Assembly: GCA_013265495.1 (NCBI GenBank)
Contig: MU058065.1
Span: 10,581,720 to 10,645,719, forward strand
Direction of reading: 5' to 3'
Source: Vicugna vicugna
Lineage: Eukaryota
DNA: 64,000 bases
Notes under the pieces: generated by a model
The model's database searches: none
What the model saw: only the letters and a program-made list of their open reading frames with translations
What the model was told of the DNA's origin: nothing
Shown: one piece after another, positions 41,461 to 53,070 of the stretch
Layout: each line of letters begins with the position of its first letter
Position numbering within the stretch: the stretch's first letter is position 1
Made by a program: the position numbers and the translations under genes

Positions 41461-41899
41461 GCTGGAAATGTGTCATATATGTATCCTCTAAACAAAATAT
41501 ACTGTTTTTTTTCTTTTTTCGAACTCTTCAGTCTTAAGTATAATTATAAGGTTTAAGATAGTATTACTGATATTTAAAAATGTACAATTTGTAATTAGTA
41601 AGTCTATTATTTCTGTTTCCATTTTCTGTCAGTGTTTCCCTATTTGTATTGACTGATGTCATGTTAAATGTAGGAATTCATTTAAATGCCAATGGCACTG
41701 ACTGAAGAATCTATCTTCATACATGTTCTGGAGAACACAGAGGCAGAATGTTCCAAGTAAGTGCTTGTGAATATAACTCATTTTTATTATATTATTTTAA
41801 ACTGTTAATTAAGATATGAAGTATGAATAAATGACTCTTTTCTAGTTCATCGATCGTATAAACCAATATAAATCATTAGTTTCACTCATTTGATACATA

Positions 41900-42290
41900 T
41901 TTATCTAGCATCTGCAGAGCAGTTTTGTCCTTATTGGAGCTTTTATTCCAGTAAGAAGGCATGGAAAGTTAATTGTTATTTTTAGATGAGATGATCTGGG
42001 AAGGTGTTGGAGGAGGTAACAGATAGGACTTGACTGTGGGTTAACCCAAGAGTTGGATCCAAGCAACTGAAGGCTCCTCACCCTCTCCCCTAACTTTGGA
42101 ATGTACATTCTGCCCAACATTTCCACACTAGGAGCTGTTTCAAGGAGATGGCCCTAAGAAAGTAAGATGGTGTTGAGGCCACCTAGACAGTATACATGAC
42201 TGAGTCCAGTTAAAGCCTCTGTATAAACTCTGGTGGGTAGGTGCAGATATCTACTCATCTTTTGGTCACCAAAGACAAACCTTTTACATG
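41900..42290 (+). mobile_element. ERV1-class LTR fragment (MER34-like, tentative)
   Basis: GC-elevated patch with cccctaactttggaatgtacattctgccc...ctctgtataaactc...cagatatctactcatcttttggtcaccaaagaca; termini not identified. Confidence 0.55.
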
Positions 42291-42659
42291 TGCATTTCCT
42301 TTGAAAGAATATGAGTTAAATCTTGTTCCAGACTATATGTACAATTTCTACCTCATTCCTTTAGTTAGTTTTACAATTATCCATTGCACAAGTAGAAACA
42401 TACTCTGTTTAACTATTTCATATTGATAATATTTTGGAATTTCCCCAATTTTTATTAAAATACTTGGCAATAAATAATTTCATATTTGCACCTATATTTA
42501 TATCTGTAACATCAACTGTGTCTGTACATGAATCTACAATGATATCTATATCATTGATATCAATATTGATATATCTTATACTATTTCTGTAGAACAGTTT
42601 TCTATAAGGAAGAATGCCAGCTAAGTAGCCAAATTTATTTTAAGCCACTACATTATTTT

Positions 42660-42782
42660 TGGTGGTCGGGGAGGATTGGTAATTAGGTTTATTTGTTTAT
42701 TTTTTAATGGTGGTACTGGGATTAAACCCAGGACCTTATGCATGCTAAACACATACTCTAACACTGCACTATACCCTCCCCC
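42660..42782 (-). mobile_element. Camelid tRNA-derived SINE (Vic-1 type)
   Basis: Reverse complement reads GGGGAGGGTATAGTGCAGTGTTAGAGTATGTGTTTAGCATGCATAAGGTCCTGGGTTTAATCCCAGTACCACCATTAAAAAATAAACAAATAAACCTAATTACC, with A/B-box remnants; possible TSD attatttt at 42652-42659 and 42785-42792. Confidence 0.88.
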
Positions 42783-45139
42783 AAATTATTTTAATATGTA
42801 AGTATTATTCATAAGTTATTTATTAAAATATTATAGGTAATCATACTAACACCAAAGCATTTGAGATTTCACTGCTCTTCATAGATTCATAATTAATACA
42901 TGCTTTAGTATTATTTTATTTTTGAAAGTCTTATAAGTGAGAAATAATGTTTCTTTAATTTCTATTTGATTATTCATAATTCTGTGCATATTAGAACATT
43001 TTATATTTTGAAATTGTTCATATTATTTACTCATTTACATTTTAGACTATTTTTAGTTATATTTAGAAAATAAAATATTAACCTTTGATTATATCTGTTA
43101 TAAACATTTCCTTTCAGTTTCCTTTAAGAGTTTTGTTTGCTTACGTTGTCATTTGATTGTAGAACCTTAAATTTTTAAATTAAGTTCATTCTAGAAGTTG
43201 GGAAATACAATAGACATAAAAAAACACTAAAATTATATTTAAGGAGGCAATGATAACACAACATGCTACTGTTACACACAGACACAAATGATATATTTAA
43301 AGAATAAGAAAACCTTAATGAACACTTAGAATTAATATTCATTCTATCTTAATGTATTCTCTCATGCAACATACCAGGGTGTGAATTTTAATCTTGAGAC
43401 TTACTAGGCATCAGAACTTGGGTAAATTATTTTGCATCTCAACTTTTGTTTCTACATTTTCAACAAGGTGATAGCCCCAATCTCAAGAGAAAAGAAGACA
43501 GTAAATAACCAAAAAAGTTAGCAGTGTTTATTGTGTAAAGGTAAACATAGAGAATTCAAACACTCTGTGTAAGATTCATGACCAGATTAAAAAAAATACA
43601 ATGGAATGAAAAAATCCTGTTAACAAAATTAACATACATACATACAAAAAATGAACTGCCCATAAGAAGTAGTCAATATAAAAAGTCTACCCTCCCTAGG
43701 CAGGTAAAACATAAATACATAAATAAATATACTATGCTCCTTTTTAGAAATACCGGGTATTATTAAGTAACCTATATTTAACAAATTGAATGCAATTTAA
43801 ACCAAAATATTAGTAAAAATCAAAATACTTAACAATTTGAGAAATATATAAATTTCTTGTGAGAGAATAACTAAAAGAGTAGAACTTCAAAATAAAGTTT
43901 TGAAGTTGGAGAAACTGAAAAGATACATGGCTTGGCTATATTTGTTTTATATGTAACAAACATTTAAAAGTAAAAGAGAACATAATTGTTATTCAGCTGT
44001 CCCAAGAAAGTCTTAGGAAATAGAGAAATTCAACAATATTAAAAGACAGTAGAATCAAAATTAATTGAAATGAATATTTTTAAAAAGAAAAATCAACAGA
44101 AGAAGTAACATAATAACAGATCAAATATGCTAGAGAAAAGATAAGCATGAGCAAGAATCTTCAAGAGTAAGAAGGGTAAAATTAAGTTTAAAAGTGAGAA
44201 AACATATTTCTGTATGAATTTTAAATAATATGCTTCTAATCCATGTCCTATCATTGAATCATTATAATGTGTATAAATAGTTCTTGTTCTTTTACCAATC
44301 CCCATAGTCTGGCTGGTCAACTTTCTGTTCTTTTGAATTATTTGGGAACATTCATCACGTTAGTTCCATTTATCTCCATTAATTTCACTGTATGCAAATC
44401 TGTATTCACATTGATAAAATGAGCAATATTCAGAGGAGAAAAGCAATTGAGGAAAACAAAGGTAGTCTGTGTGGAAATACACATAATATTTCAGAAAAAG
44501 TACATTATTCACAAGCCTTATAAGTTAGAATTATGATCAATGAAAATATCAAAATTTTACAATCATTGAAAAATGTCACACTTATAAATTCACTTAATTT
44601 TTGAAGATATATATTGTTATACTCAAAATATTTGATTGTTTTGGACTATTTTTTCTAACACATTTTTGAACAAGCAAATAGTTACCTAAATAAATATTTT
44701 TCACAAGTATAACTTATCCCTTTATAAGTGATGTTTCATTCCATTTGTAGCAGTTTGGAGAAATTATTTTTCTCCTTATTCCCAAAGCATAACACAGTTT
44801 CTGGTACCAGGTAGGCACTAAATAAATACTCATTAAGTTAATCAATATTTTGATCAAAATTAGATAATTGATTCCTATAGAGGCTTACAGAGTGCCAAGG
44901 AATGAGCAGATTACACTACCTGACTCAATATTTCTTCCCATATATAAATATCTAAACTAAGGTTAGTCAAATTTCTTCTCCATTTAGATAATCTCATAAA
45001 AAATTCAAACCACCTGTACCAATATTGGTGAGTATTGTTGGTTTTCTTAGATAGTGAGTCAACGTGATTCACATATTCCTCATGTGTTTCAAACTTTCCA
45101 ATCAGTACTAGGTAGTAAAAGAAAATTTTATTAGAATAT

Positions 45140-45291
45140 TTATTTATTTATTAATGTTTACTGAGTATACTCAGTTTACAATGTTGTGCCAATTTTAGGT
45201 GTACAGCATAACTGTTCAGTCATACATATACATACACGTATTCATTTTCATATTCTTTTTCATCATAAGTTACTACAAGATATTGAATATA
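45140..45291 (-). mobile_element. Intermediate-age L1 3' UTR, left part (host of the nested L1)
   Basis: tttacaatgttgtgccaattttaggtgtacagcat...tactacaagatattgaatata; joins seamlessly to 50454 onward when the insert is removed. Confidence 0.9.
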
Positions 45292-45956
45292 AACTCATTG
45301 GCTGAGATGAGACCTGATCTAAAGGCTGCAAAGCAGACTAGATAATGTAGGGGAACGAATTAGTGACCTAGAAGACAGGGCAACGGAAAGCACTCAATCA
45401 GAACAGCTGTGAGATAAACAAAAACAAATGAAAATAGCATAAGGGACCTATGGGAAAATATAAAGCGTGCCAATCTTCACATAATAGGGGTCCCAGAAGG
45501 GGAAGAAAGATCAAAGGGGATTGAAAAGGTATTGGAAGAAATCATGACTGAAAACTTCCCAAACTTAAAGAAGGAATCAGATACCCAAGTTCAGGAAGCT
45601 CAGAGGATCCCAAACAGGAAGAACCCACACCAAGACATATCATAATCAAGACGGCCAGAGTCAAGGATAAAGAAATGATCCTAAAGGCAGCAAGAGAAAA
45701 GCAAAGAGTGAGTTACAAGGGAACCACCATAAGGCTCTCAGCTGATTTCTCTACACAAACACTAGAGGCCAGAAGGGAGTGGCAAGATATATTCAAAGTC
45801 TTGAATGAAAAAAAGATGCAGCCTAGGATACTTTATCCAGCAAGGCTATCCTTTAGGATAGAAGGAGGGGTAAAGAATTTCACAGACAAGAAAAAGCTGC
45901 AGGAGTTTAGCAACAGTAAGCCCATGCTAAAAGAAATATTGACAGATCTACCCTAA
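45292..45956 (+). pseudogene. L1 ORF1p (truncated; RRM/CTD region)
   Basis: ILKAAREKQRVSYKGTTIRLSADFSTQTLEARREWQDIFKVL...PRILYPARLSF; the upstream part is disrupted. Confidence 0.95.
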
Positions 45957-46362
45957 ATAGAAATGCAGCAGGATGCTACAGAAATGAGAAACTCACAACT
46001 GGAAAGGTGATAACTCATGAATTACAAATAAAATAAACACGAAATTATAAAACAAGACATACAAATCATTGAGAGTGGGAGACAGAGGCAGGAAAACACA
46101 GGATTTTTCTTTCTTTCATTTTTAAATTTTTTGTTCTCGGTAGGATGGGTTTGAGATCATGTTACTATCAGTTTAATAAAAACAGTTACAGTTATGGGCT
46201 AATAGACTTACAAAAAAGGGTAGCCACAAGCCAGAAGCTTACAAGGGAGTCACAAAAACTAAATAAAATCCATGATAATACAAAGGAAAATAACCAAATC
46301 ACAAAAGGAATAAGAAAGGAAGAAAGAGGAAATACCAAATCAACTGCAAAAATAAGTTCAAA

Positions 46363-49300
46363 ATGGCAATAAACACACATCTGTCATTAATCACTGTAAA
46401 TGTTAATAGACTAAATGCTCCAGTCGAAAAACATAGAGTGGCAGACAGGATAAGAAAGCAAGAACCTTCAATATGCTGCATACAAGAGACCCACTTTAGG
46501 GAAAAGGACACATATAAAGTGAGAGTGAAAGAATGGAAAAGGATATACCATGCAAATGGAAAAGCCAAAAAAGCAGCTGTTGCAGTACTGATTTCAGACA
46601 AAATAGACTTTAAAACAAAGGCCATAAAGACAGATAAAGAAGGACATTTTATAGTGATTAGAGGAGTAATACAAGATGAGGATATTACACTCGTTAATAT
46701 ATATGCACCCAATATAGGAGCACCTAAGTACATAAAACAATTACTAACAGAGATAAAGGGGGATACTGATGGGAATACAGTCATAGTTGGAGATTTTAAC
46801 ACCACATTAACATCACTAGACAGATCTTCCAGATGGAAAATAAATAAGGCAAAAGAGAAATTAAATACTACAATAGAAAAATTAGATTTGGTGGATATTT
46901 TCAGAGCATTACACCCCCCATAAATAGGATATACATTCTTTTCAAGTGCACATGGAACATTTTCTAGGATTGATCATGTACTTGGACACAAAAGGAACCT
47001 CAGCAATTTTAAGAAGACAAATTATCTCAAGCATCTTTACCGACCACAATGCCATGAAACTAGAAATCAACAACAGAGAAGCAAAGGAGAAAAAAAGGAA
47101 AGCATGGAGATTGAACAACATGCTATTAAAAAACCAATGGGTCAATGAGGAAATCAAAGCTGAAATTAAAAATACCTTGAGACAAATGAAAATGAAAGCA
47201 CAACCACACAAAATTTATGGGACCCAGCAAAGGCAGTGCTAAGAGGGAAGTTTATAGTGATACAGGCATTCCTCAAAAAAGAACAATCTCAAATAAACAA
47301 TATAACCCACCAACTAAAAGAACTAGAAAAAAAGAACAACAACAACAACAACAAAAACCCAAAAGGCAGCAGAAGGAAGGAAATTATAAAGATTAGGGAG
47401 GAAATAAATAAAATGGAGATTTAAAAAACCATAGAAAAATCAATCAAACCAAAAGCTGGTTTTTTGAAAAAGTAAATACAATCGACAAACCTCTGGCCAA
47501 ATTCACAAAGAAGAAAAAAGAGCACAAATTAACAAAATAAGAAAGGAAAATGGAGAAATTACAACAAATAAAATAGAAATACAGAATATCATATGAAAAT
47601 ATTATGAAAAACTATAGGAACCAAACTGGATAACCTAGAGGAGGTGGACAAGTTTCTGGAAACATACTGTCCACCAAGACTGAATCAAGAAGAAACTGAC
47701 CACTTTCACAAACCTATCACTAGAAAGGAAATAGAAATAGCAATTAAAAACCTCCCTACAAATAAAAGTCCGGGACTGGATGGCTTCACCAGGGAATTCT
47801 ACCAAACATACAAAGAAGAACTCATAGCAGTCCTTCTCAGACTCTTCCAGAAGATTGAAAAGGAGGGAATACTCCCAAACTCATTCTATGAAGCCACCAT
47901 CACCCTGATACTAAAACCAGACAAAGACACTAGCAAAAAAGAGAATTATAGGCCAATATCACTGATGAACACAGATGCCAAAATCCTCACCAAAATATTA
48001 GCAAATAGAATCCAACAACACATAAAAAAGATTATACATCATGACCAAGTGGGGTTCATCCCAGGGACACAAGGGTGGTTTAACATATGCAAATCAATCA
48101 ATGTAATACATCACATCAACAAGAGAAAGGACAAAAACCACATGATCATCTCAATCGATGCAGAAAAGGCATTTGATAAAATTCAACACCCATTTATGAT
48201 TAAAAACTCTCACCAAAGTGGGTATAGAGGGAACATATCTCAACATAATAAAAGCTATATATGACAAACCTACAGCCAGCATAGTAATCAATGGTGAAAA
48301 ACTCAAAAGCTTCCCACTAAAATCTGGGACAAGGATGCCCACTATCACCACTCCTATTCAACATAGTCTTGGAAGTCCTAGCCACAGCAATCAGGCAAGA
48401 GAGAGAAATAAAAGGGATCCAAAGTGGAAAAGAAGAGGTAAAAGTGTCATTATATGCTGACGACATTACTATATATAGAAAACCCTAAAAGGTCCACACA
48501 AAAACTACTAGAGCTGATCGAAGAATTCAGCAAGGTAACAAGTTACAAGATAAACGTTCAAAAATCAGTTGCATTTCTTTACACTAACAATGAATCAACA
48601 GAAAAAGAAAGGAAAGAAACAATCCCCTTTAAAATAGCACCCAAAGTAAAAAAAATGTCTAGGAATAAATCTAACCAAGGAGGTGAAAGAGTTATACACA
48701 GTAAACTATAAACCATTGATGAAGGAAATTAAAGAAGACTTTAAAAAATGGAAAGATATTCCATGCTCTTGGATTGGAAGAATCAATATTGTTAAAATGG
48801 TCACACTGCCCAAGGCAATCTACAGATTTAATGCAATCCCTATCCAATTACCCAGGACATATTTCACAGAACTGAAACAAATCATAATAAAATTTATATG
48901 GAACCCTCAAAGACCTAGAATTGCCAAAGAATCACTGAAGAGAAAGAAAGAGGCTGGAGGAATAACTCTCCCAGACTTCAGACAATACTATAGAGCTACA
49001 GTCATCAAGACAGCTTGTTATTGGTACAAAAACAGACATATAGATCAATGGTACAGAATAGAGAGCCCAGAAATGAACCCACAAACTTTTGGTCAACTAA
49101 TCTTCGACAAAGGAGGCAAAAATATACAATGGAATAAAGACAGTCTCTTCAGCAAATGGTGTTGGGAAAACTGGACAGCAGCTTGTAAAGCAGTGAAGCT
49201 AGAACACTCCCTTACACCATACACAAAAATAAACTCAAAATGGATCAAAGACTTAAACATAAGACAAGATATAATAAACCTTCTAGAAGAAAATATAGGC

Positions 49301-50156
49301 AAAACATTGACATACATCTCAAAAATGCTCTCCTAGAACAGTCTACTCAAGCAATAGAAATAAAAGCCAGAATAAACAAATGGGACCTAATTAAACTTAC
49401 AAGCTTTTGCATAGCAAAGGAAACCATAAGTAAAACAAAAATATAACCTATGGAATGGGAGAAAATTTTTGCAAATGAAACCGACAAAGGCTTGATCTCC
49501 AGAATATATAAGTAGCTCATACGACTTAATAAGAAAGAAAGAAACAACCCAATCCAAAAATGGATTAAAGACCTAAACAAGCAATTCTCCAAGGGATACA
49601 TACAAATGATCAATAGGCACATGAAAAAATGCTCAATATCACTAATTATCAGAGAAATGCAAATCAAAACTACAATGAGGTATCACCTCACACCAGTCAG
49701 AATGGCCATCATTGAAAAATCCACAAATGACAAATGCTGGAGAGGCTGTGGAGAAAGGGNNNNNNNNNNNNNNNNNNNNNNNNNNNNNNNNNNNNNNNNN
49801 NNNNNNNNNNNNNNNNNNNNNNNNNNNNNNNNNNNNNNNNNNNNNNNNNNNNNNNNNNNNNNNNNNNNNNNNNNNNNNNNNNNNNNNNNGAACCCTACTA
49901 TGGCACCTGCACCCCAATGTTCATAGCAGCACTATTTACAATAGCCAAGACATGGAAACAGCCTAAATTTCCATCAATAGATGACTGGGTAAAGAAGTGG
50001 TATATTTATACCATGGAATACTACTCAGCCATAAAAACCGACAACAAAACGCCATTTGCAGCAACATGGATGCTCCTGGAGAATGCCATTCCAAGTGAAG
50101 TAAGCCAGAAAGAGAAAGAGAAATACCATATGAGATTGCTCATATGTGGAATCTAA
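46363..50156 (+). pseudogene. L1 ORF2p (APE endonuclease, reverse transcriptase, Cys-rich C-terminus), disrupted
   Basis: CCIQETH, NIYAPN and VGDFNT (EN); [33 protein letters not shown] and YADD at 48453-48464 (RT); stop at 46921-46923 and multiple frameshifts. Confidence 0.97.
49760..49889. other. Assembly gap (130 N) inside the L1
   Basis: Run of N. Confidence 1.
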
Positions 50157-50438
50157 AAAAAAACCAAAAAACAAAAACAAGCAAACAAAGCATAAATTCA
50201 AAACAGAACTAGACTCATAGACATAGAATACAAACTTGTGGTTGCCAAGGGAGCAGAGGGTGGGAAGGGATAGACTAGGATTTCAAAATTGTTGAATAGA
50301 TAAACAAGATTATACTGTATAGCACAGGGAAATATATACAAGATCTTATGGTAGCTAGTATAACTGAAAAATTATGCTCTACACTGGAATTTGACACAAC
50401 ATTGTAAAATGATTATAAATCAATAAAAATGTTAAAAA

Positions 50439-50660
50439 AAGATATTGAATATAGTTCCCTGTGCTATACAGAGTAAACTTGTTTATCTATTTTGTATGTA
50501 GTAGTTAGTATCTGAAAATCTTGAACTCCTAATTTATCCCTTCTCACCCTGTTCCTCTACTGGTAACCATAAGTTTGTTTTCTATGTCTGTAAGTCTTTC
50601 TGTTTGTAAATGAGTTCACTTATCTTTTTTTTTTTTAATTCCACTTATAAGTGATATGGT
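50439..50660 (-). mobile_element. Intermediate-age L1 3' UTR, right part (host of the nested L1)
   Basis: aagatattgaatatagttccctgtgctatacag...ggtaaccataagtttgttttctatgtctgt...attccacttataagtgatat. Confidence 0.92.
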
Positions 50661-53070
50661 ATAGAACTTTCTGTATTGCCTTAATGACAACAAAAAATAC
50701 TTATTTGCAATTATATTATTGGAGAGTAGAGAAATTGGAATACAAAATATAAATAAATTTATTTTTCTTTATTATTGTCAGTAAGAGGCAAAGATTAAAA
50801 TGTAACTTATCCAAGGAGTCAAAAAAGTTTGAACTCTTTCAAATTGTTTTCATTTTTACATAGATCGAGTAATAACTTTGCTACATTGATGGAAAAAAAA
50901 AGCTTAACTTAAAACAGCAGCAACTGTAATGTATTTCTTATTTGAAGTTCTATTTGCAGTACTCAACAGAACTTCACATTTGGCTGAAAAAGCACATGCC
51001 ATCATTCAACTAGAGTGCTGTACAACTTCTGGCAGGCAAAAAAAAGGCATTATTACTATCATCATCATCACCATTGTAGAAAAGGGTACTTAGCCTCCCT
51101 CTAGGAATTCTAAAATGGTTACAGTCCAGCTTGTATGAATTGTTTTATACATTAGAAAAAAAAAGAGTAAATGAAAGGGTGAAAAGTAGCTCTTATGTTT
51201 TATTATCTTGGAATTTGGACTATAAAGAGCCCTGAATTATCGGTGTAAAATTATGGGAAAATAAAACGTCACAATGTACAGTTACTTACACTCGATTTAC
51301 TTATGTGTCAAGTCATAAATCTGTTCTTTAAGTAGATTCCTCACTATTGAAATAAGTGTTTAATTTTAATGTTTATGTTTTTTGCTTGTGCTGGTGCTTT
51401 AGTACAATCTCACAATATTCAAAGATATTTTTGACGTGGTCAAATCATATCATTTTATGTATGTGGCAAATTTCACTACTTGTCAATACATTCAGGCTGA
51501 AATTTTCAAAACCCAGCATTTAAAAGACATACATAAGCTGTATATTTGAGCCCCCTTGTTGATACTTAGCTAAGCTAATACCCATTTTCTTGCCTAAGTG
51601 CCTACCAAAGTGAAATAATTGTGCATTGAGGTGCCAACTACGGTGTCTGAGTTGAAAAATGGCGTCGATTTTGGAGAATGTTAAATATTTTATACAGTTG
51701 TCCTCAGCATTTGTCAAACTGCAGCAGTCGTTACAGAGAATGGAGAATGGAGAGAAGACCTTGATCTAGGCATTTATTTAGTTATGCCAGAACCTTAGCT
51801 AGAATGCAGTATCAAGTGTGATGTGTGTTATATGGACCTCCGGTGTATGTGTTTTTAAATAGCCTATCTCCTTAGAACCCAGTTACTTTTCACATAGTTT
51901 CTAGACTGTTAATGCTTTTCTCCAGCAGCATTATTCCAGAAATGTTTGAAGCATTTTCAAGCAATGCACTGAATAGAGTGCTTACAGCTGACTAGATATT
52001 TATGGCAGGTAGAGAAGAACAATGCAAACTGAAATGTTTTACTTCCACTGCAAAGAATACTTGCTCTAGGTGAATGGTGTACAAATTCAGCAAAGAAGTA
52101 TTTCTACCTGATACTCTAAAAAGCTCCACAGGGACATTTTAAAGAGAGGAAAACAAGTGAAAATATCTTTTGCTCCAGGGAACGATTTAGTTGCCTGAAA
52201 ACTACCAAGGTAGTGCTTAAAATATACATAATTTTTTTCTGTTAACTGAATAAAATGAGTATTTTTTTTATTGAGCAAAGCATTTATGACACCCTTCTGA
52301 TAGAAATTAGTGACGTCTGAGACCAATTATTTGAAACGTATATGGAAGAATTTAAGAAGAAAAGTAGAGGCCAAGAAAAAAAACCCACCTTGGTTCAGTT
52401 AGAAAAAAGATAAGTGGAAAAATGTTAGCTGACAAAAGAGAAGGGATTGGTGAGATATGAGATAATTCTGTGTCTGTGTGTCTGTGTGTCTGTGTATGCA
52501 TATTTGTTAGAAGGGATGTACAACTACTAACATTTGCTAAGCTGCCCTTGTGGATTTCTTTTTTAATAATCCTGCTTTCAGTGTGAGATAAACATCTTAT
52601 TCTAGATATATTCTTTAATATTTAAAGAGTTTCTCACAGGAAGTAAAATATTGCTATACCTCGACTAATGTCCAATTTCTTCATTATTAAACAATTAACA
52701 TTGATCTCATTAATCACATACTATTTAATATAATAAAAAATTATGAATTGGACAAATTAGATTTCCCCCATCTTAAAAATGTTGATTTAATCAAAAATAC
52801 TTCTGAATATTTGATGACAATTTCAATTTTATTAAATTACACATTTTCATGTTTTGAACACCTTAAACAGCAACATAAAACAACGATTATAATTACAATC
52901 AATATTTTTACATGAAATCTAGTTATAACAATACAAATGCTCAGGATTTACAGTTTCTTCAAGAAATTTTATTTTTTCTTCTATTTATATTGTATTTCAA
53001 ACACTGATTTTATTACATTTTCTAACTTTTTTTTTCCCCTGCTCTTTTAAGAGAGTTATCATTAACATTA

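Larger units (their letters stand above)
45292..50438 (+). mobile_element. Young camelid-type LINE-1, ~5.15 kb, 5'-truncated within ORF1, inactivated
   Basis: ORF1 C-terminus, ~400-bp spacer, ORF2 in frameshifted pieces, 3' UTR with AATAAA and a short A tail; perfect 15-bp TSD aagatattgaatata at 45277-45291 and 50439-50453. Confidence 0.98.

Noticed and set aside
42540..42580. Overlapping palindromes attgatatcaat / atatcaatattgatat
   Set aside because: AT low-complexity degenerate repeat; palindromy is expected by chance.
42720..42782. tRNA gene
   Set aside because: Degenerate A/B boxes plus a SINE body and A-rich tail; this is a SINE head, not a tRNA.
46299..46805. 168-aa minus-strand ORF and other antisense ORFs over the L1
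   Set aside because: Shadow frames antisense to L1 ORF2; hydrophobic only because the strand is T-rich.
47335..47353. Poly-Asn run in an ORF2 fragment
   Set aside because: A (CAA)n microsatellite expansion within a dead L1, not a protein feature.
45292..50438. Possibly active L1 or domesticated RT gene
   Set aside because: No 5' UTR promoter, truncated ORF1, an in-frame stop at 46921 and many frameshifts in ORF2.
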